Shown piece after piece: positions 1 through 8,623 of a DNA stretch of 64,000 nt. Positions within the stretch are counted from its first letter, which is position 1. Each line of letters begins with the position of its first letter. This DNA is from an uncultured cyanobacterium. Its GTDB lineage: Bacteria; Cyanobacteriota; Cyanobacteriia; Cyanobacteriales; Nostocaceae. The notes beneath the pieces were generated by a model, which saw only the letters and a program-made list of their open reading frames with translations, was not told where the DNA came from and searched no databases. Both the position numbers and the translations under genes were made by a program. The stretch lies in NCBI GenBank assembly GCA_963706595.1, contig OY970166.1, positions 2,304,001 through 2,368,000 on the forward strand, in the 5' to 3' direction.

Positions 1-1434
1 AACTTCTTTGTCATCACCTACACCAAAACCTGTGACATCGGTATAAGATACAAAGCCGCTAAATGATAGTCTGTCGCTGGGTCTGAAGGCAGCTGAGACA
101 CCATAAGAGTTTGTTGAAGATGGGTTTTGCAGAGTATTGGCTATGCTAGTACCTACGACAGGAGTACCTAAAGAGGAACCTGCATCAAATAAATTACTAT
201 TTGCACCATGATAACCGTGAACGTAGGTTGCCGCTAGTGCCAAGCGATCGCCAACGCTAAAGTTCAACTGTCCTAAAGCAGCATAGTCACCGTCAAATAT
301 GCCTGAACCAGGATTAGGATTATTAGCTTCTGATCCCAAATAACCTACAGTTACTGAACTGGGTCGAAGAATACCACCACCTTGACCCAAGGGTAAGGTA
401 AAGGCAATACCAGCACCACCACCAATCCGATAGATGGGATTTTCCGAACCAAAGGTAGTTAAAGCACCGTTACCACCATCAGTTCCGTCAGCAAAGTAGG
501 GATTGTTAACTGCTGCATACTGGCTGTGTTTACCACCGCTAGCCGCAAGGTAAACTTGGGCTGGTCCGATAGGTGCTTGGTAGGTTAATCTGTCTATCTC
601 AACGTTATTGCCATTAGTGTCACCAATGTTAAAGGTTTGCAGACCTTCACCACTACCAGGAAGACCAAGGTTCAAGGGAGTTGCATTACCAGAGGCCAAA
701 CGGGTGGTCAAAAGATCACGACCGGTGAAGCTGGTTTGCAAGCCTAAACGGACTCTGTTTTGGAAAACGGTATTGTTACTGGCATCATCACGGCGAATGG
801 AATCAGTCACAGCAAAAATTGCTTCCCCAGCCAGCTTGGTAGTGGTGGAAAACTGATTGGCTTCCAATTCAGCAGTCCGCGCTTCTAGGGAATCTACGCG
901 ACCGCGTAGAGTTGCCAATTCTGCGGAAAACTCTTCTTGTAAACGCTGTAAGGTAGCTAAATCTTGTCTGGTCACCATGTCAGCTGTTGCTGTGGCGATT
1001 AATTCGTTAACTCTATCCAAACAAGCGTTTAAACCAGCAGCAAATTCAAAACGGGTTAAAGCCCGATTACCGCGATAAGTCGCATTTGGGTAACCAGCAA
1101 TACAACCGTAGCGCTCGACTAAGGATTGCAACGCTTGGAATGCCCAGTCTGTTGGTTGTACGTCAGAAAACTGGGAAACAGATGTTACTTGAGACAGAGT
1201 AGTATTTTCTTTGCCTTCTTTGCTGTAGCTATTAACTTGGTTAATAACATTTGTCTCGTTGGTTGCTTGAGCAAAGATTTCTGGCTGTTGAGCAACTTCA
1301 GTAGCGGCTTGTTGTTCAGTTACCGAGATTTCTGTGGTGGTACTTGGGGCTGCAATTGCTGCGGCTGAAACTAACAATGTTGCTCCCAGAACTGCTGGGC
1401 TAACTACTAGGGACTTCCACAAAATATTAGACAT
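1..1434 (-). CDS. Cyanobacterial SLH-domain porin (iron-uptake porin/SomA-like), 3' end outside window
   Basis: Not in the ORF track. Manual translation from ATG at 1434 gives MSNILWKSLVVSPAVLGA...QVTSVSQFSDVQPTDWAFQALQSLVERYGCIAGYP...LEANQFSTTTKLAGEAIFAV, the typical SLH + coiled coil + porin start. Confidence 0.93.
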   Translation of the reverse strand, partial: MSNILWKSLVVSPAVLGATLLVSAAAIAAPSTTTEISVTEQQAATEVAQQPEIFAQATNETNVINQVNSYSKEGKENTTLSQVTSVSQFSDVQPTDWAFQALQSLVERYGCIAGYPNATYRGNRALTRFEFAAGLNACLDRVNELIATATADMVTRQDLATLQRLQEEFSAELATLRGRVDSLEARTAELEANQFSTTTKLAGEAIFAVTDSIRRDDASNNTVFQNRVRLGLQTSFTGRDLLTTRLASGNATPLNLGLPGSGEGLQTFNIGDTNGNNVEIDRLTYQAPIGPAQVYLAASGGKHSQYAAVNNPYFADGTDGGNGALTTFGSENPIYRIGGGAGIAFTLPLGQGGGILRPSSVTVGYLGSEANNPNPGSGIFDGDYAALGQLNFSVGDRLALAATYVHGYHGANSNLFDAGSSLGTPVVGTSIANTLQNPSSTNSYGVSAAFRPSDRLSFSGFVSYTDVTGFGVGDDKEV

Positions 1435-1796
1435 TTTCACTTTTTCCTCACACCTTGTATAGATAATTGTTGTTGTTGCACTTAACTCTCAAGAATCTAA
1501 CAATTGTTTAACTGTTTTGATCAGGCACAGTTGCCAATACCACAACTTTAGTTTTTGCTAGCCTAATAGCTGATTAATTTAACTTTTAAATTAATGTGAT
1601 TAACTAATGCAAAAACTCAACTCCATAGCATACCATTATAAGCTATCTGAAGTATATGGCAACATATTAGCGATCGCTTGATTAACTGTCACATACAATC
1701 ATCTTGATCAACTCTGACGCTCACAGGTTTTATATGTTCCCCCTCCGGAGCTATTCGTAATATCGCCCCCAATTAGGGCTTTTCGGCAAAAAACTT

Positions 1797-2078
1797 TTAG
1801 CTGATTTGAGAAACTATCTCAGCTACCTCAAAGTCCTTTTGTGTCAACCCACCGGCATCATGTGTTGTCAGGGTAATAATGACTTTGTTATAAGAAATTT
1901 CTATGTCTGGATGATGTCCCGACGATTCCGCAGGTTCTACTAGCTTATTTACAAATTCAATAGCAGCGATAAAATCTTTGAATTTGCGGGTACTCTGCAA
2001 CTTAGAACCCTCAACTGTCCAACCTGACAAACGGCTGGCCTGTGCTTGAATTTCTGCATCAGTCAGTAGTTTAGCCAT
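1797..2078 (-). CDS. phhB: Pterin-4-alpha-carbinolamine dehydratase
   Basis: HHPDI and THDAGGLT motifs. Likely start is MAKLLTD at 2078 (ORF track extends to 2135). Confidence 0.9.
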   Translation of the reverse strand: MAKLLTDAEIQAQASRLSGWTVEGSKLQSTRKFKDFIAAIEFVNKLVEPAESSGHHPDIEISYNKVIITLTTHDAGGLTQKDFEVAEIVSQIS

Positions 2079-2279
2079 ATTAAAAAATTCCTGTTTACAT
2101 CTTTGCTCAATCTTGAACTGTATTATCCTAGTCATTTATGACTAGACAAAAAATATGTCGGATAATTCCCAGGTTCACTTACTATAAATCTGCAAAATTT
2201 TTGATTGCTTAAAAATACTTTAACGTAATTTCTTTGTCAGTTTTACACAGAAACCATTGATAAATCAAAACATACCCAT

Positions 2280-2328
2280 AAAAAACTATCCGCCCTGATT
2301 TAGATCAGATGATCTAATATCAGGGCGG
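2280..2328 (-). terminator. Intrinsic terminator downstream of putative 6S RNA
   Basis: Hairpin CCGCCCTGAT...ATCAGGGCGG followed on the minus strand by a T-run. Confidence 0.7.
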
Positions 2329-2330
2329 TG

Positions 2331-2485
2331 TAGCGGGTCTTCAGGTTGCAACCAGACTGCCGGAAGGAACTCCGAACTTTAGCCTAGCTACTTGAGCTAA
2401 CTTAGTCTCACAAGGAAACTAAGGCTAACTTTTAGAGAACAGCCCCGGCACGCAGCCGGCTAACTGCAACCTGATGACCCATGCT
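2331..2485 (-). ncRNA. ssrS: Probable 6S RNA (SsrS/SsaA); ends approximate
   Basis: Long imperfect rod: GGGTC-ATCAGGTTGCA pairs with TGCAACCTGA-AGACCC and GCCGGCTGC with GCAGTCTGGT, with an internal bubble and apical stems. Intergenic and followed by a terminator. Confidence 0.7.
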
Positions 2486-2615
2486 TATACTACTTTCTAT
2501 CATGGGCATCACCTCCTTGTTGCCTAAGCGGTCTTAGTTTTAAAAGGGCAGAGCATCTCGCTCTGGGTTCTTAACCTGAAATCAATATAACACAGAATTT
2601 TTAGTTGGAAAAATA

Positions 2616-2647
2616 AATAAACCCCCGCCTGAAGACGGGGGTTTATT
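2616..2647 (-). terminator. psbD terminator hairpin
   Basis: AATAAACCCCCG-(loop)-CGGGGGTTTATT just after the psbD stop. Confidence 0.75.
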
Positions 2648-2673
2648 GAAAAATGGGGAATGAGATTTTTATC

Positions 2674-3735
2674 TTAGAGTGCGTTACCGCGAGGTAGAAC
2701 TTCCTCTGGGAACACAAACTGTTTGTGAGGCTGATCTTGAGGAGCCATCCAAGCGCGGATACCTTCGTTCAGCAAAATGTTTTTGGTATAGAAAGTTTCA
2801 AACTCTGGGTCTTCTGCTGCCCGTAATTCTTGGGAAACGAAGTCATAAGCCCGCAGGTTTAGTGCTAAACCAACAATCCCAATTGATGCCATCCATAAGC
2901 CAGTGACTGGCACAAATAGCATAAAGAAGTGTAACCAACGTTTGTTGGAGAAAGCAATCCCGAAAATCTGTGACCAGAAACGGTTCGCTGTCACCATTGA
3001 GTAGGTTTCTTCAGCTTGGGTAGGGTTAAAAGCTGGGAAGGTGTTAGAAGAACCTTCACCGTCTTCAAACAAGGTGTTTTCTACTGTGGCTCCATGAATG
3101 GCACACAATAGCGCACCACCCAAGACACCTGCTACACCCATCATGTGGAAGGGGTTGAGTGTCCAGTTGTGGAAACCTTGCAGGAATAGTAGAAAACGGA
3201 AGATTGCAGCTACACCAAAGCTAGGTCCAAAGAACCAGCTTGACTGTCCCAAGGGGTACATCAGAAATACGCTGACGAATACCGCAATAGGTGCAGAGAA
3301 GGCAAGAGCGTTGTATGGACGGATGCCTACTAGACGGGCAATTTCAAATTGGCGCAACATGAAGCCAATCAATGCAAAGGCTCCGTGTAGGGCTACGAAT
3401 GGCCACAATCCACCCAATTGGAACCAACGGGTGAGGTCGCCTTGAGCTTCGGGTCCCCACAACAATAGTAGGGAGTGTCCTAAGCTGTCTGGAGGTGAGG
3501 AAACTGCAACTGTTAAAAAGTTAGCTCCTTCCAGGTAAGATGATGCTAATCCGTGGGAGTACCAGGAGGTGACGAATGTTGTACCGGTGAGCCAACCGCC
3601 TAGTGCTAGGTAAGCGCAGGGAAATAATAATATCCCTGACCAGCCTACGAATACGAAGCGATCGCGCTTTAACCAGTCGTCTAATACGTCAAACCACCCT
3701 CTTGTACTAGGGGCGCGTCCAACTGCGATGGTCAT
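2674..3735 (-). CDS. psbD: Photosystem II D2 protein, monocistronic copy (no psbC downstream)
   Basis: Unmistakable D2 sequence ([11 protein letters not shown]...[16 protein letters not shown]...[10 protein letters not shown]). Confidence 0.99.
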   Translation of the reverse strand: MTIAVGRAPSTRGWFDVLDDWLKRDRFVFVGWSGILLFPCAYLALGGWLTGTTFVTSWYSHGLASSYLEGANFLTVAVSSPPDSLGHSLLLLWGPEAQGDLTRWFQLGGLWPFVALHGAFALIGFMLRQFEIARLVGIRPYNALAFSAPIAVFVSVFLMYPLGQSSWFFGPSFGVAAIFRFLLFLQGFHNWTLNPFHMMGVAGVLGGALLCAIHGATVENTLFEDGEGSSNTFPAFNPTQAEETYSMVTANRFWSQIFGIAFSNKRWLHFFMLFVPVTGLWMASIGIVGLALNLRAYDFVSQELRAAEDPEFETFYTKNILLNEGIRAWMAPQDQPHKQFVFPEEVLPRGNAL

Positions 3736-3834
3736 GAGAACGAATCTCCAAATTGTTTATAAGTACAGGTCTGTTTATCGATAAACTTTTGACATTTATC
3801 TGTATGCAGACAGTTTACCAGATTGTCAATCTAG

Positions 3835-3852
3835 TTTACAAATTTTTACTGA
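3835..3852. promoter_or_regulatory. Possible HLR1 (RpaB) direct repeat upstream of psbD
   Basis: TTTACAAA-TT-TTTACTGA resembles the (G/T)TTACA(A/T)(A/T)-N2 repeat. Confidence 0.35.
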
Positions 3853-3909
3853 CTCTCATAATTATAAACACAAATTGTTAATTTTTCCACTAAATTATTT
3901 ATTTTCATC

Positions 3910-3956
3910 TGGGAGTGGGGAGTGGGGAGTGGGGAGTAGGGAGTAGGGAGTGGGGG
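3910..3956. repeat. STRR-type heptamer tandem repeat (GGGGAGT/AGGGAGT)
   Basis: About 6 tandem 7-mers. The same unit occurs at ~18365-18382, 41898-41928 and (inverted) 42221-42249. Confidence 0.9.
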
Positions 3957-4013
3957 AAACCCAGTTAACTGTCAACTGTCCCTAATCCTTCATAGGCATC
4001 TTCTGTAAACCTT

Positions 4014-4043
4014 TGTAGAGACTTTGCATACAACGTCTCTACA
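4014..4043. repeat. Short dispersed palindromic repeat TGTAGAGAC-N-CGTCTCTACA
   Basis: Family members also at 42945-42967, 54789-54842 and 60987-61016. Confidence 0.8.
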
Positions 4044-4120
4044 TTCTTTGTCACCAGATGACCAATTCCTAATTCCCTAACGCTAAAATGAGTCCTACAG
4101 TTCTGTTTGACTAATCCTAA

Positions 4121-4393
4121 ATGTTTACCATTGACTTAAGTATCAAAAATACTGCTTTCCCCATATCAGTACAACGTAAGACAGCAGAGGATGCTGAGGC
4201 GATATATCAGCTGATTTTGGCGGCTATGCGCTCTGGAAACCCTGACATCGTGGAACTTAAGTGTGAGGGTAAGACGGAAAAAAAAGTTGCTGTCCGTTCT
4301 AGCGAAATTTCTGGAGTACAGATTGTGCAAAAAGATGGTGCAACCACGAGTAGCGGTAGACCACCGGGCTTTTTTGCAGTAACTGCTGAATAA
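4121..4393 (+). CDS. Conserved cyanobacterial hypothetical protein
   Basis: 90-aa ORF, 13 bp upstream of the ABC ATPase gene. Confidence 0.75.
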   Translation: MFTIDLSIKNTAFPISVQRKTAEDAEAIYQLILAAMRSGNPDIVELKCEGKTEKKVAVRSSEISGVQIVQKDGATTSSGRPPGFFAVTAE

Positions 4394-4406
4394 TTAAGGT
4401 ATAGAA

Positions 4407-5084
4407 ATGTCAGAAGTTGGCATTGAGGTCAAGGATTTAGAATTTAGTTGGCCTAATGGGGCGAAGGCAATCCAATCTTGCTCTCTGGAAGTACCTGTGG
4501 GTGAATTTTGGATGCTTTTGGGTACAAATGGCAGTGGCAAATCTACATTACTCCGACTACTGGCCGGGCTATTAGCTCCTCAGTCCGGTGAAATTAAGGT
4601 TTTAGAACCCGTTGGCTTTGTCTTTCAAAATCCTGATCATCAACTGGTGATGCCAACTGTTGGTGCTGACGTGGCTTTTGGACTAGTGGAAGAAAAGTTA
4701 CCGCCTGCTACGGTGAGGACAAGGGTTGAGGAGGCTTTAGGTTCGGTGAATTTGTCGGCTCTACAATTACGCCCAATCTATGCTTTGAGTGGGGGGCAAA
4801 AACAACGTGTGGCGATCGCAGGTGCGATCGCTCGGCGTTGTGAAATCTTATTATTAGATGAACCCACAGCTTTACTCGATCCAGATAGCCAATTGGACTT
4901 AGTGGCTGGTGTCCGTCGCTTAGTCAAAAGTCGGGGAATTACAGCCCTGTGGGTGACTCATCGTCTAGATGAGTTGAATTACTGTGACGGCGCTTTCTTA
5001 CTAGAAAAAGGCCGTTTGATCGATCAAGGTGAACCTCAGCGTCTTAAACAACGTTTGATGACAATGGATGATGAATCTGCTTAA
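4407..5084 (+). CDS. ABC/ECF transporter ATP-binding protein (CbiO-like)
   Basis: GTNGSGKST, FQNPD, LSGGQKQR, LLLDEPT. Confidence 0.9.
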   Translation: MSEVGIEVKDLEFSWPNGAKAIQSCSLEVPVGEFWMLLGTNGSGKSTLLRLLAGLLAPQSGEIKVLEPVGFVFQNPDHQLVMPTVGADVAFGLVEEKLPPATVRTRVEEALGSVNLSALQLRPIYALSGGQKQRVAIAGAIARRCEILLLDEPTALLDPDSQLDLVAGVRRLVKSRGITALWVTHRLDELNYCDGAFLLEKGRLIDQGEPQRLKQRLMTMDDESA

Positions 5085-5301
5085 ACTCCCATTTTCTCCC
5101 ATCCTTTTTTTGAATAATTACTAACAATTGCGACGCGCCTGAATCAGGCGCGTTTCTCTTTGGGCAAGGTTTTTCCAGTCCAATTGTGTCGTCTGCTGGC
5201 ATTTTTTAGTGCTTTGTAACATAGAGTTACAGACAATACTTCAATTACCATGAAACTTATGAATGAATTTTGTTAACTCTAGATAACTGTGATTAAAAAC
5301 C

Positions 5302-5853
5302 ATGCCTCGTTCGTTACTCCAAGCTGTCTTGTTCGTAGACGGCTACAATATAATCGGCGCTTGGCCTTGCCTGAAAAAAACCCGTGATCATGCCGGATTA
5401 GAGGCTGCACGCTGGGAATTGGTAGAAGCAATGACTAGCTACAGCTCTTTTCAAGGTTATGATACTCAAATAGTTTTTGATGCCCAATATCATCAAGCTT
5501 CTAGCAATAAAGAAGTTATTACAGAACTCTTATCAGTTCATTACACAGATTTTGGGCAAACAGCAGACACCTATATTGAAAAATCTTGTGCATCTCTGCG
5601 CTATGAGAAGGCGAAATCTCTGATTCATCGCGTGATTGTTGCCACCTCCGACCGCGCACAGCAGTTGATGGTACAGGGGTATGGTGCTGAATGGTTGTCG
5701 GCACAGCAACTGTCTGGTGAAGTAGAAAGTACAGTTTGCCGGATGCGACATAAATATCAACAGCGCAAACAATCCAAAAGTAGGTTCTTAGCTAACTCTA
5801 TTGATGCTAAAGCCCGACAGCGATTGGCTGAATTACGCATGGGATTACAGTAG
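5302..5853 (+). CDS. NYN-domain (YacP/Rae1-like) ribonuclease
   Basis: VDGYN, VFDA, TADTYIE and VATSD motifs. Confidence 0.88.
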   Translation: MPRSLLQAVLFVDGYNIIGAWPCLKKTRDHAGLEAARWELVEAMTSYSSFQGYDTQIVFDAQYHQASSNKEVITELLSVHYTDFGQTADTYIEKSCASLRYEKAKSLIHRVIVATSDRAQQLMVQGYGAEWLSAQQLSGEVESTVCRMRHKYQQRKQSKSRFLANSIDAKARQRLAELRMGLQ

Positions 5854-5951
5854 CTCCTAAATTATAAAAGCCTGAAACCAGCCGCCAGATGGCGTTTTGG
5901 CTATAATGCTATGGGAATTTAATATCGGCAAAAAAATTTTTGAAAAAAGAC

Positions 5952-5980
5952 TTGCCAAATCTTATATTTAGTCTTAAGAT
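5952..5980 (+). promoter_or_regulatory. Sigma70-type promoter of tRNA-Asn
   Basis: TTGCCA-17 bp-TAAGAT, 16 bp before the tRNA. Confidence 0.6.
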
Positions 5981-5996
5981 GTTTAATTGTAAGCGT

Positions 5997-6068
<72 letters not shown>

Positions 6069-6349
6069 TTTAATCAAATAATGTCAAAAAGTCTGAGGCA
6101 TGGAAGATAAAATCTCCAGCTTTGGGCTTTTGGCTTTTATGCCCTGGTTGTGGGTTTTGATAAATGTAGGGGTAGCTTGAGTAGCCACTGCGGTCTTGAG
6201 GTTTCCCCAACCTAAATTTTTTTCTGGCATCAGAGATAAAAGAGCGCTATTTACGGAGAATATACGCGCCTGTGGGTTCTCAACAGACTTTACAAACATC
6301 CTCTTATCCAGGCTCGTCAATACTTAGATGTGTTGCTTTGGGGTTGACC

Positions 6350-7081
6350 CTACTTTTCAGATATATAAATTTTTAGATTAATCATCTCTTTCAAACTGCT
6401 CAGGTAAGTTAGCAGCGCATAGATAAAAGTTACAGTTCCTGTCATCTCTAGCAATTCTTCAATTATTATGGCAATTGTGGTTAGTATGTCAAGCCGACCA
6501 AAATATACTCTGAAAAGCCCAGTAACCATTTCCATGCCCAGCGCCCCACCTATATACAAAATTGCGGACAAAAGGAATAAATATTGAGTCTTCTTAGGTA
6601 AATTTAGGAAAAATTGGAAATATTTAAATACAAAAAATATAACCGCAGGAATTCCAAATATAACCCAGGTGTGAAAAAATATTGGGGGGAGATTAAATAC
6701 TTCTCTTAGCGATGGAATAATCAAAATTTCGTGGATGCTAAAGGCTTCATCGAGGCTGAGGAAGAAAAATATTAAAGATAGATTTTTCCAATAAATATAA
6801 TACTTATCTGTCTTTTTAATTGCAGTAATTACTGCTAGCAATCCCGAACAAAATAATAGCTTGAACGATGAATACCAAGCTGGGATATTTAACTCTTCAT
6901 CAAGGCTAAAGAGTTGGTAAAACCATTTTGAACTGGGAAATGGGAACTCGAAAACCCAGAAATAACCACTGATAGCGCCAGTTAGGGTAAGACATAAAAT
7001 GACAATAATTAAACGTTGTGTAATTTTGTTAATAGAGATATAAATTGGTAACTCTACATCACGAGTAGATGGCTGCGGCAT
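6350..7081 (-). CDS. Multi-pass membrane protein of unknown function
   Basis: About 6 hydrophobic segments with acidic motifs LDEELNIPAW, SLDEAFSIHE and IEELLEM. AT-rich DNA. Confidence 0.8.
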   Translation of the reverse strand: MPQPSTRDVELPIYISINKITQRLIIVILCLTLTGAISGYFWVFEFPFPSSKWFYQLFSLDEELNIPAWYSSFKLLFCSGLLAVITAIKKTDKYYIYWKNLSLIFFFLSLDEAFSIHEILIIPSLREVFNLPPIFFHTWVIFGIPAVIFFVFKYFQFFLNLPKKTQYLFLLSAILYIGGALGMEMVTGLFRVYFGRLDILTTIAIIIEELLEMTGTVTFIYALLTYLSSLKEMINLKIYISEK

Positions 7082-7144
7082 ATAAATATTTTAGTAATAT
7101 TGTTAACATTAACACGAAACTTTCCACCTGAAAATTCCCTAAGT

Positions 7145-7320
7145 GGGGAAGAGAAAAAAAAATAGCGATCGCCGCCATCGGACATCCCAGCTACCTTGGA
7201 GATGATTCCCAGAGCGTCTTAAACTGCAAGCAACTGTGATCGCAGTCAAAATCATCATCAGAGGCATGATTATTGTTCCTCCCTGGCTTGGCGTGAGGCT
7301 TGAATGGGTTGAGCGATCGC
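7145..7320 (-). pseudogene. 176-bp decayed duplicate of the blaI-like 3' end / M56 peptidase 5' end (copy of 11820-11995)
   Basis: Ungapped manual alignment gives 11 mismatches in 176 bp. Ends exactly at HIP1 GCGATCGC. Confidence 0.9.
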
Positions 7321-7538
7321 ATCTTAATGAAGGATTTACGCGCCTATGGGGTTCTCAGCTGTTCCACATTGAACTTGCATAACATAGGGAGTTAAGATGC
7401 CCACCCCACAAGAGTTTCATCTAATTTAAATCTGCAAACTAGATCACTAAACACCAGATCACAGAAGCATGATTACGTATAATGCTATCCTTTTAAGCGA
7501 TCGCACTTAAATTATTAAAATTAGGGTATAGCTTTTAC

Positions 7539-8621
7539 ATGACTTCTGGGGCATTACCTGCGAATCCTTTTGTAGCTGCGGGGATGATTGAAGACCCCAA
7601 GCTGTTTGTCGGTCGTAAAGATGAGTTACACGCGATCGCATCTCGAATGAGTGGTGTCCAGCCGACAAGTATTAATATTGTCGGTGACAAGCGAATTGGT
7701 AAATCGTCGTTGCTGTATCACTACTGTTTGACTTGGGAACAGCGAGTACAAGACCCTAGTCGTTATGTCGTCATTTACCTCTCCCTGCAATCTGCTGTAT
7801 GTCAGCGAGAGGAAAATTTTTATTTAGCAGTGGCGCGGGAATTGCTGAATTTTTCCACTGTGGCGACAAATCCAGCTTTAAGCGACCCTTTGAACGTTAG
7901 ACCTCTTGACCGTGCAGCTTTTTCAGATGCGATCAAAGAATGGAAACAGCAAGGAATATTACCAGTTCTTTGCTTGGATGATTTTAAGACTTTGTTTGGT
8001 AACAAGAACGAATTTAATGATGATTTTTATAATAATCTGCGCTCTTTGATGGATAGCAGTAGTTTGATGCTGATCGTGGCTTCACAGCACAAACTCGATG
8101 TTTACAGCAAAAAGCATCAGTTGACTTCTGATTTCTTCAATTTGGGTCATGTAATCAAGTTGCGTGGACTTAAAGAAGAAGAGGTAAAAGATTTGTTACG
8201 TCTACCTGCTAGCACTGTTAATGGTGCTGCATCAGCTTTGAGTATGGATGAACAGCGCCTGAGTCAGCAACTGGCTGGAAGCCATCCTTTTTTACTGCAA
8301 ATAGCAGGGCGTTTGGTATGTGAGGCGCGTCAGCATGGATATGATGAAAACTGGGTGAAGACTCGCTTTGCTGATGAATCTCGCCGTTTACCAAAGTCTA
8401 AACTAGGTTCTCGCCGATGGTGGCATCAGGTGCGCTGGTTAGTTTGGGATTTGCCAGTGCGCTTGGGTAAGATACCCAAATTTATTGGTGGAACTGTTGA
8501 CGATATCAGCAGCTGGATTATTGGTTTAGTCATCCTGCTTTTACCCGTTTTGGTTTTGGTGGGTGTGTTGCACTGGAATGAAGTTTGGGATTTTATCCGT
8601 GACCAGTTGGGGATAAAGTAA
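7539..8621 (+). CDS. STAND/AAA-like P-loop NTPase with C-terminal membrane anchor
   Basis: NPF..., FVGR, Walker A GDKRIGKS, Walker B VLCLDDF, GSHPFLLQ motif, hydrophobic C-terminus. Confidence 0.85.
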   Translation: MTSGALPANPFVAAGMIEDPKLFVGRKDELHAIASRMSGVQPTSINIVGDKRIGKSSLLYHYCLTWEQRVQDPSRYVVIYLSLQSAVCQREENFYLAVARELLNFSTVATNPALSDPLNVRPLDRAAFSDAIKEWKQQGILPVLCLDDFKTLFGNKNEFNDDFYNNLRSLMDSSSLMLIVASQHKLDVYSKKHQLTSDFFNLGHVIKLRGLKEEEVKDLLRLPASTVNGAASALSMDEQRLSQQLAGSHPFLLQIAGRLVCEARQHGYDENWVKTRFADESRRLPKSKLGSRRWWHQVRWLVWDLPVRLGKIPKFIGGTVDDISSWIIGLVILLLPVLVLVGVLHWNEVWDFIRDQLGIK

Positions 8622-8623
8622 CC

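Noticed and set aside
608..1368. Three + strand ORFs (82, 73 and 80 aa) and similar short ORFs overlapping psbD, clpC, metH, psbA and others
   Set aside because: They are antisense or alternate-frame shadows of well-supported genes.
6084..6320. 78-aa minus-strand ORF after tRNA-Asn
   Set aside because: No recognisable motif or RBS, so it cannot be supported as a gene.
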